A DNA stretch of 64,000 bases from an uncultured virus (IMG/VR IMGVR_UViG_3300014910_000001) (IMGVR_UViG_3300014910_000001); one strand, 5' to 3'; shown: positions 49,921 to 60,427, numbered from the stretch's first letter. The notes: generated from the letters alone by a model not told the origin. Made by a program: numbers and translations.

Positions 49921-50097
49921 AACGAACGAAACCCGCTTTATGCGGGTTTTTTGTCTTTGCTGGACTATCAGCAGAGCACGTATTTTTGATGCCAATTTTT
50001 ATTGGAGTGTCATTGATGATCAATGGAACGGTCTGACACTGTTTACAGCCAGTAATCAGCGAGTATTATTGATGATGTAATGTACAGGGAGATAAAA

Positions 50098-50910
50098 ATG
50101 GACGCAGCCTTGCTTGAAATGATGCGCTCAGGTGGAAGGAATAAAGCCTGGGCTGAAACAATGGTCAACCTTGAAGCCAGAAAGCTGATCAATACAGCTA
50201 ACAGGCTGTCAGCCTTACATCTTAACGATGGGCTTACCCGGATGCAGTTTGTCCAGGAAATAAAATCGGTTGTTGATAAGCAGTTTGCCGCCGCCCGACA
50301 AGCAAAATCTGATGAAGAATGTCTGGAGTGCGTTAAACAGCTTAGATCTGAAACAGAAAACCTTGAAGAGCAAGGAAGATTACTGCTCACAAAGGCAGCA
50401 CAACTCTATGCCAAAGTGGAGTTTGTTCGCGAAAACAACAAAATTGTGGGTTACATGATTTCCGCTGTTCATGTCGCGCTTTCAAGTTTTTCTGTTGTCG
50501 GCGGTGCTTTGATGATCGCGACAATGACACCTGTTGGCATACTGGCTGGTGCCGTTCTCGTTGTTGACGGGGCTAATGGCGTGACCAAAGAATTTATTAC
50601 CAACCTGTCTGACGTACAAACAGAAGGAATTATTGCCGATGGTGCAATGCAGGCTGCAAAATTCATGGGATTTAAACCAGAGTCAGGACTGGCTTTCTAC
50701 AATACGCTAACACTCTCAGCCAGTGTTTACAGCGTTTGGGGGCTGGCGAGAAAGCCTGCCGCATGGCGGCTTTTCAAATGGATGCCCCGCGATTACTTCC
50801 GTAAGATTGACACCATGAGCCGTCCAAAGCTGACCATGAAAATAATCGGATGGGGTGTAACGGCTAAGGTGACATTCGATTTACTCAGCGTAAGTGATCA
50901 ATCACGCTAA
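50098..50910 (+). CDS. DUF4225-like membrane-associated protein
   Basis: Helical N-domain, Gly-rich hydrophobic hairpin, AAKFMGF...WRLFKW...Y.R. Confidence 0.65.
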   Translation: MDAALLEMMRSGGRNKAWAETMVNLEARKLINTANRLSALHLNDGLTRMQFVQEIKSVVDKQFAAARQAKSDEECLECVKQLRSETENLEEQGRLLLTKAAQLYAKVEFVRENNKIVGYMISAVHVALSSFSVVGGALMIATMTPVGILAGAVLVVDGANGVTKEFITNLSDVQTEGIIADGAMQAAKFMGFKPESGLAFYNTLTLSASVYSVWGLARKPAAWRLFKWMPRDYFRKIDTMSRPKLTMKIIGWGVTAKVTFDLLSVSDQSR

Positions 50911-51222
50911 GCCTTTTTTCGACCGCCAGTAGCGCCATGATTTCCAGGCCAGAACTGGCGGTTGAATAAACGTCACAATGACTGCACAGAACAGCAGAGA
51001 TAAGCCTCCCCCTAAAATGTATGGTTTAGTCGAGAAACAAAGAAGAAATACAAATACTAGCGTGAAGGCTGAAACGATCCATAACAGGACTCTAAATCTG
51101 TTGCTTAACTCCACTACTGCTTCGTCCAGCGTTCCACCATAGCTTTCAATATTATTTTTGATTATTTTCAAATCAGCATCAGTAAAACCGGACTTCAATA
51201 ACTCTGATTCATTAACTGTCAT
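50902..51222 (-). CDS. Small two-TM protein (candidate immunity)
   Basis: Two hydrophobic helices; overlaps the 3' end of the DUF4225-like gene convergently. Confidence 0.65.
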   Translation of the reverse strand: MTVNESELLKSGFTDADLKIIKNNIESYGGTLDEAVVELSNRFRVLLWIVSAFTLVFVFLLCFSTKPYILGGGLSLLFCAVIVTFIQPPVLAWKSWRYWRSKKGLA

Positions 51223-51359
51223 GGTGCTTTACCTTTCATCCTTAAAACGTTAAGTCATTCTAACGCAATTATATACGTGCATGACTCTCATACATCAACT
51301 TCCTTTGGCACTATAAAGGACTTCTGGACCATGTAAATGAGTCAAGAAACCGCCAAATC

Positions 51360-51767
51360 TTAGGTTAGCTTCATCCCGGTATCCCAGAAGGCTGGTAGTG
51401 ATTCTGCCGGAATGCCTCGCGGTGTTTTTAGCAACTGCAGCGCCTGATCCATCGTGATGTGCTCACAGGCATACTCACGGAAAAGATAGCCAATAAGCCC
51501 TGCCGCCTTTGCTTCTCTGGCTCTTACGTTGTAAGCAGTCTGACATTCAGCACTCACACGGCTGGTTTCTTTGAAATAGTAGTCTCTCGCTCTCGCGTAA
51601 TCATCTGTGCAGGCCACCAGCACATTTCCTGCGATCACTTCATAGCGCCCCTGGCAGTCTTCTCCGCAGTCCAGTAGCTGCACGCCCGTTCTTTCAGAAG
51701 ATGCCAGTACGGTTTCCTGAACAGGCAAATTAGCATCGGTGATCATTCGTCCGTAAACATCATTCAT
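51360..51767 (-). CDS. Hypothetical protein
   Basis: RBS AAGGA. Confidence 0.65.
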   Translation of the reverse strand: MNDVYGRMITDANLPVQETVLASSERTGVQLLDCGEDCQGRYEVIAGNVLVACTDDYARARDYYFKETSRVSAECQTAYNVRAREAKAAGLIGYLFREYACEHITMDQALQLLKTPRGIPAESLPAFWDTGMKLT

Positions 51768-51959
51768 TTCGCATTCCTTTTCTTCAGTAAGTGATGGCGC
51801 AACCTGCCGTGAAGCCAGACTATACGGGAAAAGTGGCTAAAACTTAAAGTTTTTTTATGAAAATTTTATACTTTAAAATCTAATGCAAATGCTGCAGCTC
51901 ACCCTTCTAAATTACAAACCCTCTATTCTCCTCGCTCGTTTAACCAGATCGGATGGATT

Positions 51960-52538
51960 ATGAGCAACCGTAAGCCCACGCATTTTGAACTATTCCACAA
52001 CCTGAACATGGCGTTGCGCGAAGATCCGCAGTTTCAGTATGAGTACAACTACTCGCGTGAAACGCGGACGCTGATTGAAACGCCATACTGGCGTCTCACC
52101 CCCTCACAGCGCACCACTCGTAACTCAATGATTGAGCAGACGATGGCGAACGCCACGGCGGAGGATACCCGAGTGCGCATGATGGCCATGCGTCCGGAAC
52201 ATCGCTACATGCTGATCCCTGCCTACATCTGCCAGGCAGCGACTGAGTTCTATATGGACATGAAAGATTCACTGTCCGACGAGCCAGCAACCATCGAGCT
52301 TATGCCGGTAATGTGGTCTGCGATCTACGCGCTTAATTTGGGACGCGATATGTCTACTGACGCCTGGAGCGAAATGTCTCCGGCAGATCAGCAGACGCAG
52401 GCCAAGTGGGTTGAAAAGGTACTGAGTACCGTCAAGCTGTCGCGCTATATCACTGATGCAAGCCGCGCCGTCTGGCTTGCCTTGTTCGTGACATTCAGTG
52501 ATATCCCTGATGACTTCTATGAACTGATGGAGTCGTGA
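51960..52538 (+). CDS. Hypothetical late protein
   Basis: Downstream of late-promoter-like motif 51908-51929. Confidence 0.65.
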   Translation: MSNRKPTHFELFHNLNMALREDPQFQYEYNYSRETRTLIETPYWRLTPSQRTTRNSMIEQTMANATAEDTRVRMMAMRPEHRYMLIPAYICQAATEFYMDMKDSLSDEPATIELMPVMWSAIYALNLGRDMSTDAWSEMSPADQQTQAKWVEKVLSTVKLSRYITDASRAVWLALFVTFSDIPDDFYELMES

Positions 52539-52575
52539 TGACCAGTAAGGCGCGCTCCGGCGCCGGGGTGGCCTG

Positions 52576-52860
52576 ATGCCTGCTGCCGGTACGCTGGATT
52601 CCGTTTGCTCCGGACACGGTGCCTTCCCTCCGCGACAGACTGCAGAGGCTGACGCGGGGCTGACCATCAACGGTAAGGCCGTGCTGGTGGACGGTAAGCT
52701 GTTTAAGGACCACACAGACGGTAAAAGCACCCATAACGGCAAGGCGACCTCTGGCCGTCCGTGGTTCACCATCAATGGCAAAGGCATTGTGTGCGTTGAC
52801 GATCAGGTTTCATGCGGATCAACAGTCGCAACAGGCGATGCCGGATTCCAGGTGAATTGA
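52576..52860 (+). CDS. PAAR spike-tip protein (UpfC-like)
   Basis: CSGHGAFPP, INGKAVL, H, INGK..CVDD..SCGS. Confidence 0.9.
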   Translation: MPAAGTLDSVCSGHGAFPPRQTAEADAGLTINGKAVLVDGKLFKDHTDGKSTHNGKATSGRPWFTINGKGIVCVDDQVSCGSTVATGDAGFQVN

Positions 52861-52915
52861 TTGCCCTCACTCTCATGCACGCAGCCGTCATGGCTGCGCT
52901 TACACAGGAATAATC

Positions 52916-53440
52916 ATGTTCAGTGAAATCACCATCACCGGCTGGCTGAAACGTGCTGCCGCGGTAGCGCTCTGCGCGGCTCTGCTGATGCTGGGCCATA
53001 AAGGGTACGTGACCGTTACGGATCACTTTGCGCACGTCGCGGAGCTGGAATCAGCCAACACCACGCTAATCACCAATAACAAAACGCTAACCGGCAATAA
53101 CAGCACGCTGAAAACCGCGCTTTCCGATCAGCAGGCGCAGCTGGCCACGCTGCAGCAGACACTGGCTAAGCGGGAAAAGGACCGCCAGGAATACGTGCAG
53201 AAGCAGGCCGAACTGGAGCAGGAATTAGAGAAACTTAAAGAGGATAGTCAGAATGAAATTGATGAGATCAACCGTGCGATACTGCTTGCCGGTGTTAATC
53301 ATACTGCTTTGCCTGCCAGCGTTATTCGCATGCTCCGGGACAAAGCCCGTGCCGTTAACACCCGAAGTCGTGACGGTCACAAAACTGGTGGAAGTGCCGC
53401 CTCAAAAAGGGCAGGCCTACCAGCCGTGCCAGGTGGATGA
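52916..53440 (+). CDS. Inner-membrane spanin (Rz-like)
   Basis: N-terminal TM plus long coiled coil; overlapped by a lipoprotein gene. Confidence 0.75.
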   Translation: MFSEITITGWLKRAAAVALCAALLMLGHKGYVTVTDHFAHVAELESANTTLITNNKTLTGNNSTLKTALSDQQAQLATLQQTLAKREKDRQEYVQKQAELEQELEKLKEDSQNEIDEINRAILLAGVNHTALPASVIRMLRDKARAVNTRSRDGHKTGGSAASKRAGLPAVPGG

Positions 53441-53555
53441 AAACATACCCGGATTCACTGACCAGTTACCCGCTTATGTGGCGGGTATCCTGACAATAGT
53501 CGATGAATGCAACCGCCGTAACGGCCTAATTTCAGATCATAATCAGAAGCTATAA
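53253..53555 (+). CDS. Outer-membrane spanin lipoprotein (Rz1-like)
   Basis: Lipobox LFAC, Pro-rich, ECN motif. Confidence 0.75.
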   Translation: MKLMRSTVRYCLPVLIILLCLPALFACSGTKPVPLTPEVVTVTKLVEVPPQKGQAYQPCQVDENIPGFTDQLPAYVAGILTIVDECNRRNGLISDHNQKL

Positions 53556-53694
53556 AAAGATGTAAGCGTTACATGCAGTATTTTGTAACGCTTACTCAAC
53601 ATCAATATTCAAATTTTAAGAAAGTCAAAAGAAGAGAGCTTTCCATTTTGACTTTGAAAAAGGATTAATTTGATTGCTTCAGTTGATGATTATG

Positions 53695-54420
53695 TTAATA
53701 CATGAATTCCAAATCTTTAGGGGCGTCATATAGAGTCGATTTTGTGATTGTTGCCTTATAGTCTTTTTCTCGAATTACAAGTTCAAATGCTCTCATCAAG
53801 TTCTTGTCCATCCTTGGGTCAAATAATAAATCGTCTATTAATGTATTTGGGTCAATGCTAAATTTGAAAATATCACTGTCGCACTTGCCATCTTCCCCTG
53901 AATAAATTAATCGAACTTCATTTTCGTGTTCAAACTCGGTTCTTTTATATAGTAATGATTCGGCAATGCCTGAGCCATCAGTATTAAATAAATGGATTTG
54001 TTCAAATATTTCATATAGTTGTTGGGTTGTTAGATAACAAACCTTTCCGATAAAACATGTCGTTTCAGGGTTGCCGACATTTTGCTGAAGTGCATTAAGT
54101 AGTTTTCTAGGCGTGGTAGTAACTCTTACGCCATCTTTATCATGTGAATAAATTCTCCACATTGCGTCAGTTTCACTATGGAATGTCCAGCACTGACCAT
54201 AGACAGAATCTTTCGCCGAAATGGTGGCTTTAGTGCCATCGGGAAAAACAACATTACAATTTAGCAATGCGTTTTCGAAAGGGTCGTCCCATTTTTTTGG
54301 CTTTACTAACGTTATATTTTTTTCATCAAGAATTTGAAATAAACGATGAATAGACATTATTCTATAAATAGGTTTATCTAACAAATCATCTGTCAGGTTT
54401 ATGAAATTTCTGTAGGCCAT
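53695..54420 (-). CDS. DUF2971-like protein (AT-rich moron)
   Basis: IYR, WDDPFE, CW...ETDAMWRIYS...GV, KR.EFEHENEVR. Confidence 0.8.
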   Translation of the reverse strand: MAYRNFINLTDDLLDKPIYRIMSIHRLFQILDEKNITLVKPKKWDDPFENALLNCNVVFPDGTKATISAKDSVYGQCWTFHSETDAMWRIYSHDKDGVRVTTTPRKLLNALQQNVGNPETTCFIGKVCYLTTQQLYEIFEQIHLFNTDGSGIAESLLYKRTEFEHENEVRLIYSGEDGKCDSDIFKFSIDPNTLIDDLLFDPRMDKNLMRAFELVIREKDYKATITKSTLYDAPKDLEFMY

Positions 54421-54605
54421 TACTTTCACCCTTTTCATTAAAATTACAATGCATTTGAAATATAATTAATGATATTTATTTAATGCATGAGAGAGTTTTT
54501 TGTTCAATTTTATGCACTATTCCTTTGCGTAGTAATAGTACCAATTGAAATGTTGAAAAGGTAGAGTTATGAATTTGAAAAGCCGCCCATTTGGGCGGTT
54601 TTACT

Positions 54606-55028
54606 TTATGCCTCTGCGACTTCTCCGGCCTGATTTTCTATCATGTAGCCCGCCGCCACTTCCGGCCCGCCTATCTCCAGCATAATTTTACGCATGCCCG
54701 CAGCCAGGGAACCGTCACCCTGATTAACCAGAAATTCACGCGCCGCTAATGGCATGTAAATGGACGCCGTTACCGGGTTGTGCATCTGCTGCGTATTGCC
54801 TGCCCTGCGCCAGCGTGCCATACCGCGAATAGCGTCGTCCTCTAACGTGGGGCATGCTTCCATGATGATTTCAGCGCCGTACATGATGACGATCTGATTA
54901 GCCAGCGAACGTGGCTCTTTCTCGCTGAGCAGATAGTCCAGATGGAGACGGGCGTCGCGCTGGCTTCCGGTCGATAAGGTGTGCGATTTGGTGCCGTTGG
55001 CGTACTGAAAATAGAGCTTATAAGACAT
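54606..55028 (-). CDS. Hypothetical protein with RHH-like C-terminus
   Basis: ASIYMP....FLV.QGDGSLAAGMR; operator-like site 55086-55095. Confidence 0.6.
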   Translation of the reverse strand: MSYKLYFQYANGTKSHTLSTGSQRDARLHLDYLLSEKEPRSLANQIVIMYGAEIIMEACPTLEDDAIRGMARWRRAGNTQQMHNPVTASIYMPLAAREFLVNQGDGSLAAGMRKIMLEIGGPEVAAGYMIENQAGEVAEA

Positions 55029-55124
55029 GAGGTTTACCAGTGGTCAATTACATGCCGGAAAGGTACATCAAAAAATAAAAATTATCCTTAGATTTTAAAA
55101 TCTTTTCTTGCCTCTCTCACACCG

Positions 55125-55146
55125 CAAAGTACAAACCGCATAAATT
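55125..55146 (+). promoter_or_regulatory. Late promoter of capsid operon
   Basis: CAAAGTACAAACCGC-ATAAATT. Confidence 0.7.
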
Positions 55147-55197
55147 TGCCTCGTCAAAGATTCCCTCGCAGCCGCGCCCTGAAAAAAGGGCTGAATT

Positions 55198-56943
55198 GTG
55201 AGCAAAGATATTACCCCTGCACGTATGCGTGAGCAGGACATCATGACCCGCGCCTCGCGTGTCATGGCTTTTACCGTTGATGCACAGCGCAATGCTTCTG
55301 GCGCAATGATTTCTGACCGTGGCGAAATGTCTGTAAACATTGGCGCAGCAGCAGGCCGTGACCCGATGTTTGAAGGCGTTAACCCTGAGTTCTGCCGTAT
55401 TGTTGGCACCGCCTGGGCATCGAGCATGATCGAGTACAAAGAGCGTCATGGTCATTACCCACCAGCTGACCAGCTGGCGAACGCCAGCCGTGCGCTGGAA
55501 AACCTGATGATCGAATCAGCCCTTGAAAAGCATGAAGGCAACGGCAAGGCGATGTTTGAGTCTGTCGCAGCTGACATGCGTACTTCTGATGGCGTGATGC
55601 GTCAGGCGCAGTTTGCCGCGCTGATCCTGCCTGCGGTGCTGGGCGCTGCCACCAGTGACGCGTGTACCTTTGTTCCGTGTGAGCGTGACGACGCAAAGAT
55701 TTACGAGCTCCTGAACGTCGCCGGTACTAAGTTCGGCTCTTTTGAGCAGGGCGACGAAATGCACATGCAGTCTGCAGCTGTGTACTCACAGATGAAGCGC
55801 CTGTATCCGTTCCCTGCCGCAATGCAGCCGGATGGCACCAAGAAAACCTTCACTTTCTCAATTAAAGCCGTTGAAGGCGCTGATATGCCGATCCGTGCTG
55901 GCCGCGCCAAACTGCTGATCAACCGTCGTCCGGGCAAAGTTGATGACGGCGACGGCAACCTGTATTTCTCCGATAAAGACGTTAAAGGCAACGCGTTTGC
56001 GGCTACCTGTAAGGTTGATTACGAGAAAGGCACCATCGCTGTCACCTTCACAGATGCACCGGCTAAAGGTACTGAGCTGGCGGCACAGGTTGAGATCAAC
56101 GTTGAGAAATCACCAAGCCTGATCCCGGTTATTAACCAGTCCATGCGTGAGTTCACCGTTAAGCCGTCACAGTTTGTGATCGCATCTGAGCACACTGTTA
56201 TGGCCGCGTCCGATCTGAGCCGTGAGTTTGGTATCAACCTGTCCTCTACCCAGTTCACTGCTATGCGTAACTGGCTGAGTCATGAGCAGGACATGATGCG
56301 TCTGCGCACGATGGCATTCCATGCTGTCTATGGCCGTGAGTTCGACGTGGCACTGCCGGAAGGCCAGACCTACGAATCGTGGGTAGGACTGATGAAACAT
56401 GCTGTCACCCAGCTGAGCACCGACATGGTGAACCGTACCCGTAAAGCCGGTATCCGTGGCGGTTTTGCTGGTGGTGAGGCGGCAAACTTCCTGAAGAGCC
56501 TGCCTGCTAACGTATTCCAGGCTGACCCTAACTTTGTGCAGTCACCGTACATCCAGCGTATCGGTACCCTGTTCGGTATCTACCAGATCTTCGAAGTCCC
56601 TACTGCTATCTGCGATCAGTTCGTGTTAGACGGCGTGGCGCTGGGTAAAGAAGACATTCTTTTCTACGGCCGCGGTGATTCCATCGGTGACGCAGGTCTG
56701 ATCGCTGGTGACGCTGTTCCGGCCATTCCGTATGTCCACGAAACCAACCCGTCGCTGGTCAACCGCACCACGCTTTGGGGTTCTTCCCTGAACGAGCTGC
56801 ACCCGCGCAATGGTGAAAACTACTTCGCCAAGCTGACCCTGACCAATACCAAAGTCGGCGCTTACAGCATGCTGACTGGTAAGAAGATCGAAGGCGAAAC
56901 CGCACCTGAAGCAGCGGCAACCGGCACCGGTACCGGCAGCTAA
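55198..56943 (+). CDS. Major capsid protein gp23-like
   Basis: 581 aa, highly expressed codon bias, MFES processing-like motifs, 23-22-21 synteny. Confidence 0.85.
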   Translation: MSKDITPARMREQDIMTRASRVMAFTVDAQRNASGAMISDRGEMSVNIGAAAGRDPMFEGVNPEFCRIVGTAWASSMIEYKERHGHYPPADQLANASRALENLMIESALEKHEGNGKAMFESVAADMRTSDGVMRQAQFAALILPAVLGAATSDACTFVPCERDDAKIYELLNVAGTKFGSFEQGDEMHMQSAAVYSQMKRLYPFPAAMQPDGTKKTFTFSIKAVEGADMPIRAGRAKLLINRRPGKVDDGDGNLYFSDKDVKGNAFAATCKVDYEKGTIAVTFTDAPAKGTELAAQVEINVEKSPSLIPVINQSMREFTVKPSQFVIASEHTVMAASDLSREFGINLSSTQFTAMRNWLSHEQDMMRLRTMAFHAVYGREFDVALPEGQTYESWVGLMKHAVTQLSTDMVNRTRKAGIRGGFAGGEAANFLKSLPANVFQADPNFVQSPYIQRIGTLFGIYQIFEVPTAICDQFVLDGVALGKEDILFYGRGDSIGDAGLIAGDAVPAIPYVHETNPSLVNRTTLWGSSLNELHPRNGENYFAKLTLTNTKVGAYSMLTGKKIEGETAPEAAATGTGTGS

Positions 56944-56989
56944 TCCCCCTTAACGCCCCCGTTAAGGGGGCATTTCATGGACATTTCAC

Positions 56990-58567
56990 ATGAATAAGAT
57001 TCGTTTTTCTGTGGGCCAGGCGTCCGGCATTGCGGTGCAGGAAGTCAACGCTGATGCGACGACTTCCGTTGCATCTGGCGGCGCGTCCGTCTTTGCCGGT
57101 CTGGTCATTGCCCGCCGCGGCAAAATCGGCGCTGTCCTGCGCGTAACCGCTGATAACTATGAGTCAGTGCTGGGTGCAGCAATTCACCCGCGCAGCGGCG
57201 CTGCATTTGAACCACTGCGCCATGTAGCGACTGCCGTTAACGGCGGTGATGGCTATGTGGTTCGCGTGGCTGCACCGGGGATGAAGATCCCTGCCCTGTC
57301 TCTGATGGCTGACAAAACCATGCAGCAGCTGAGCGTCGTGGCCAGCAACTTTGCTCCGTCAGCCGATCCGGCTCTGGCGGCAGGCGCTGCGGCGATGATT
57401 TACATCGAGGATGGCGACGCTTCAGCTAATCGCACCCTGAGCATGGAAGCAGACACAACAGCACCGGGCTTCTACATCCTGACGCTGAAAGAAATTGACG
57501 CAGCTGGTGGTGAGTCAGTGCTGGAATCTCACCAGATTTCATTCAATACCAACGCCACCAGCGACATGGGATCGCCTGCCTTCCTGCCAACCGCACTGGA
57601 AAATGGCTCGACTCGTCTGCGCGCTCTTGTAGCGGATGACGTTGAAACCCAGATGCAGCAGATCACCGAAGGCTTCGAAGATATGCAGTTTAGCGGCGGC
57701 ACTGATGGCGACCTGTCAGCTATTGCCACGGCGGACTACACCAAAGCCCTGACCGTTCTGCGTAAATCCATGTTCACCTGGACGGCGGTACTGTCGCTGG
57801 GCTGCTATGACCCGACCGTGATCGCGGCGCTGGTCAAGCTGGCTGAAGACACCCGTACCGACATGTTTTATGACGTGCATGGCGCGCAGTTGTCGGCAGC
57901 AGCAATGGCCGAAGCGCTGAGCCACGGTCTCGGCGGTTCCCACCAGCCAGCACGCTACTACTGGCCGTATACCGCCCGCGACGCATTCACCGGCACCAAC
58001 GTTAACTGGGGTATCTCCTGTGATGCGTTTGTGGCGAAGGCGAAAGGTGTGGCGTTGGTCTCCGACGTCGGCGGCTGGCATTACTCACCGGCTGGCGTGT
58101 CACGCGCAATCATCAACCGTCAGAACATCAAGCCTATCCCGAACCTGGATGAGATCGACCGCGAAGCATTTGTCACTGCGCGCATCAACCCGGTCAGCCT
58201 CGACAAAGCCGGGAACATGTATATCGACGACTCCCTGACCACGTTCGCCAAAAACAACTACCTGCGCCTGCAGCACATCAGTTCGCTGATGAACGCGATC
58301 GCACGCGGTTTTTATGACGTGGCAGAAGCGCTGAAGCATGAACCGGACGGTATTACCTTCAAAGGCCTGACTGACGGCTTAACCGACCTGCTGGAGCGCT
58401 TTGTTGCCGCTGAAGCACTGGTTAAGCCGCGTGACGTCACGCAAGGCACCCAGCCATTCGTTGTCTCCGTCGTGCAGAAAGATATCGACCTGTGGGAAGC
58501 ATCCTGGTCTGTCTGCCCTACCGGCTCTTCCCGCCGCATCGTCGGCAAGCCAACGCTGTTCCGTTAA
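56990..58567 (+). CDS. Tail sheath gp22-like
   Basis: FSGGTDG, WHYSPAG..R, RINPV, EPD sheath motifs. Confidence 0.9.
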   Translation: MNKIRFSVGQASGIAVQEVNADATTSVASGGASVFAGLVIARRGKIGAVLRVTADNYESVLGAAIHPRSGAAFEPLRHVATAVNGGDGYVVRVAAPGMKIPALSLMADKTMQQLSVVASNFAPSADPALAAGAAAMIYIEDGDASANRTLSMEADTTAPGFYILTLKEIDAAGGESVLESHQISFNTNATSDMGSPAFLPTALENGSTRLRALVADDVETQMQQITEGFEDMQFSGGTDGDLSAIATADYTKALTVLRKSMFTWTAVLSLGCYDPTVIAALVKLAEDTRTDMFYDVHGAQLSAAAMAEALSHGLGGSHQPARYYWPYTARDAFTGTNVNWGISCDAFVAKAKGVALVSDVGGWHYSPAGVSRAIINRQNIKPIPNLDEIDREAFVTARINPVSLDKAGNMYIDDSLTTFAKNNYLRLQHISSLMNAIARGFYDVAEALKHEPDGITFKGLTDGLTDLLERFVAAEALVKPRDVTQGTQPFVVSVVQKDIDLWEASWSVCPTGSSRRIVGKPTLFR

Positions 58568-58578
58568 TAGAGGAAATT

Positions 58579-59289
58579 ATGAACAACATTTTTAATCACA
58601 ACGCGCATGGTCTGCTGGGTGCGGCATTCGAAGCACCAGCTCCGGCTGGAGAGCCAGCCGTAAAAGATTCCATGCTGGAAAGCGCGGGTTTAGGCAACGC
58701 AGCATCGGCGCGCATTGTGGCGATGTTTGAGGCGGTAGAACGTCGCGCTGGCGAAGATACCCGCTCTGTAGCCGCTTCCCTGCTTGCGGGCTGGGTGGCC
58801 GATGGCGAAGCAGATTCTGACAGCTTTGAAGCGCTGGCGCTGGTGCTGGCCGGTCTGGATTCACTGTCTGACGACGACGATCTGGATGATGAGCAGGTAG
58901 ACGCATTCAACGACGCGCTGGGCCAGCTGGCGAATGCTGCCGTTGCCCTGGGTGCGGATCAGGATGACGTCACCAGCATGATCGACGACGACGACGATAG
59001 CGCGGCTGAAAGCGTTTTCGAGGCGCTTTCCGGCCTGGCTGACGACGACGAAGCGATCGCAGATTACACCGTGGCTGGTGGTGAAGGCGGTGAAGCGATG
59101 CTGGAATCGGCCACCTTCAAAGCCGTGCGTGACGGTCAGGTAACGCTGATCCGCAAGCGTCCGAAGAAGCGCCGCATGACGTCGCTCCAGAAGCAGGCGC
59201 TGAAAAAGGCCCGCACGAAGGCGCACAGCTCAATGGCAAATGCGCACCGTAAAAAGTCGATGAAACTGCGTAAGAAGCGCGGCCTGTAA
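58579..59289 (+). CDS. gp21-like protein
   Basis: RBS GAGG; acidic body, MLES motifs, very basic C-tail. Confidence 0.75.
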   Translation: MNNIFNHNAHGLLGAAFEAPAPAGEPAVKDSMLESAGLGNAASARIVAMFEAVERRAGEDTRSVAASLLAGWVADGEADSDSFEALALVLAGLDSLSDDDDLDDEQVDAFNDALGQLANAAVALGADQDDVTSMIDDDDDSAAESVFEALSGLADDDEAIADYTVAGGEGGEAMLESATFKAVRDGQVTLIRKRPKKRRMTSLQKQALKKARTKAHSSMANAHRKKSMKLRKKRGL

Positions 59290-59332
59290 GGGATAGCAGC
59301 CGGGTATTCCCGGCTGCAATGAGGATAGCGCG

Positions 59333-59923
59333 ATGATCTGCGGTGCAATCATGCCGGATGGAGTCAGCCCCTTCCTGAAAGTCTATATCACGTCAGAAAC
59401 GTCGATGGTTGTGGGCTACATCGGGGAAGGCTCTACAGCCAGCATTGAATCCATGTGGGAATCCCCGTTTGCCAACGACTCACTGGGCGGCGTCGCCGGT
59501 GCAGTGAGTGCTGCTGGCGGCAAGCTGGCGGGCGGCGTACAGGCGGTGAGCGGCAGTACATCAAAGTCGGACTTCAACTCCCTGCTTATCTGGGAGGGAC
59601 AGCAGCCGCCTGAGTTCAGCATCGTTGTAGACCTGATGGCCACGATGAACGCAAAGGTGGAAGTGATGGACGCGATCATGACGCTGCAGCAGATGGCCTC
59701 ACCTGAACTGAACGCCGCGCTGCCGGGTGGCCGCCGTCCTCTCCCCGTGATTATGGACGTTGGCCGTCGCCTGAAGCTGATGGACGTGGTGATCCGAAGC
59801 GTCGGCTACCAGCTGGACGCACCACGCACTGCGGACGGGCATTACACACACAACACCGTCACGCTTCAGTGCTCCGGCCTGAGCGTCCAGAACCAGTCTG
59901 ATATTCCATATATGTTTATCTGA
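59333..59923 (+). CDS. pmgG: PmgG-like tube initiator
   Basis: Synteny, tube-like fold pattern. Confidence 0.65.
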   Translation: MICGAIMPDGVSPFLKVYITSETSMVVGYIGEGSTASIESMWESPFANDSLGGVAGAVSAAGGKLAGGVQAVSGSTSKSDFNSLLIWEGQQPPEFSIVVDLMATMNAKVEVMDAIMTLQQMASPELNAALPGGRRPLPVIMDVGRRLKLMDVVIRSVGYQLDAPRTADGHYTHNTVTLQCSGLSVQNQSDIPYMFI

Positions 59924-59933
59924 GGAACAAATA

Positions 59934-60425
59934 ATGTCCGGATTTTCCAACACGAAAGCCGACACGGCTTTTCTGAAAAAGCGCTTTAACCAGAACCTTG
60001 CCGCGGGTGAAAAACTTATCGGCTCTGAATACTGGATGACCGTTAAAGGCTACCCAAACCTCTCTATTCTGATCCGTACCACGCAGCTGCCGGAAATGGC
60101 CCGTGAGGACGTTGAAGACGTGGCACCAGGTGGCATGAAGTTTAATCAGCATGGTTCTATTAAGAACTCTGGCGAGTTCCAGATGACCTGTGTTGAAACC
60201 ATCAAAGGCGACGTGTTTGCAGCGGTCCGCAAGATGGTGCTTAACAAGGAATATGTGGATCTCACGTTTGCTGCAGCAGCAGAGTCTAACGGCGGTGACA
60301 GCGCTGGCCTGACCCGTAGTTACCTGCATTGTAAGGTGTATTCAGATGCCGTGGATTTTGGCTCTGAAGACACTACTGCAGCTGTGAAGATGCCGCTGCG
60401 CGTTGTTTACAACTGGGCTGAATAA
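59934..60425 (+). CDS. bplB: BplB-like tail tube protein
   Basis: Synteny, strong RBS, size. Confidence 0.7.
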   Translation: MSGFSNTKADTAFLKKRFNQNLAAGEKLIGSEYWMTVKGYPNLSILIRTTQLPEMAREDVEDVAPGGMKFNQHGSIKNSGEFQMTCVETIKGDVFAAVRKMVLNKEYVDLTFAAAAESNGGDSAGLTRSYLHCKVYSDAVDFGSEDTTAAVKMPLRVVYNWAE

Positions 60426-60427
60426 TC

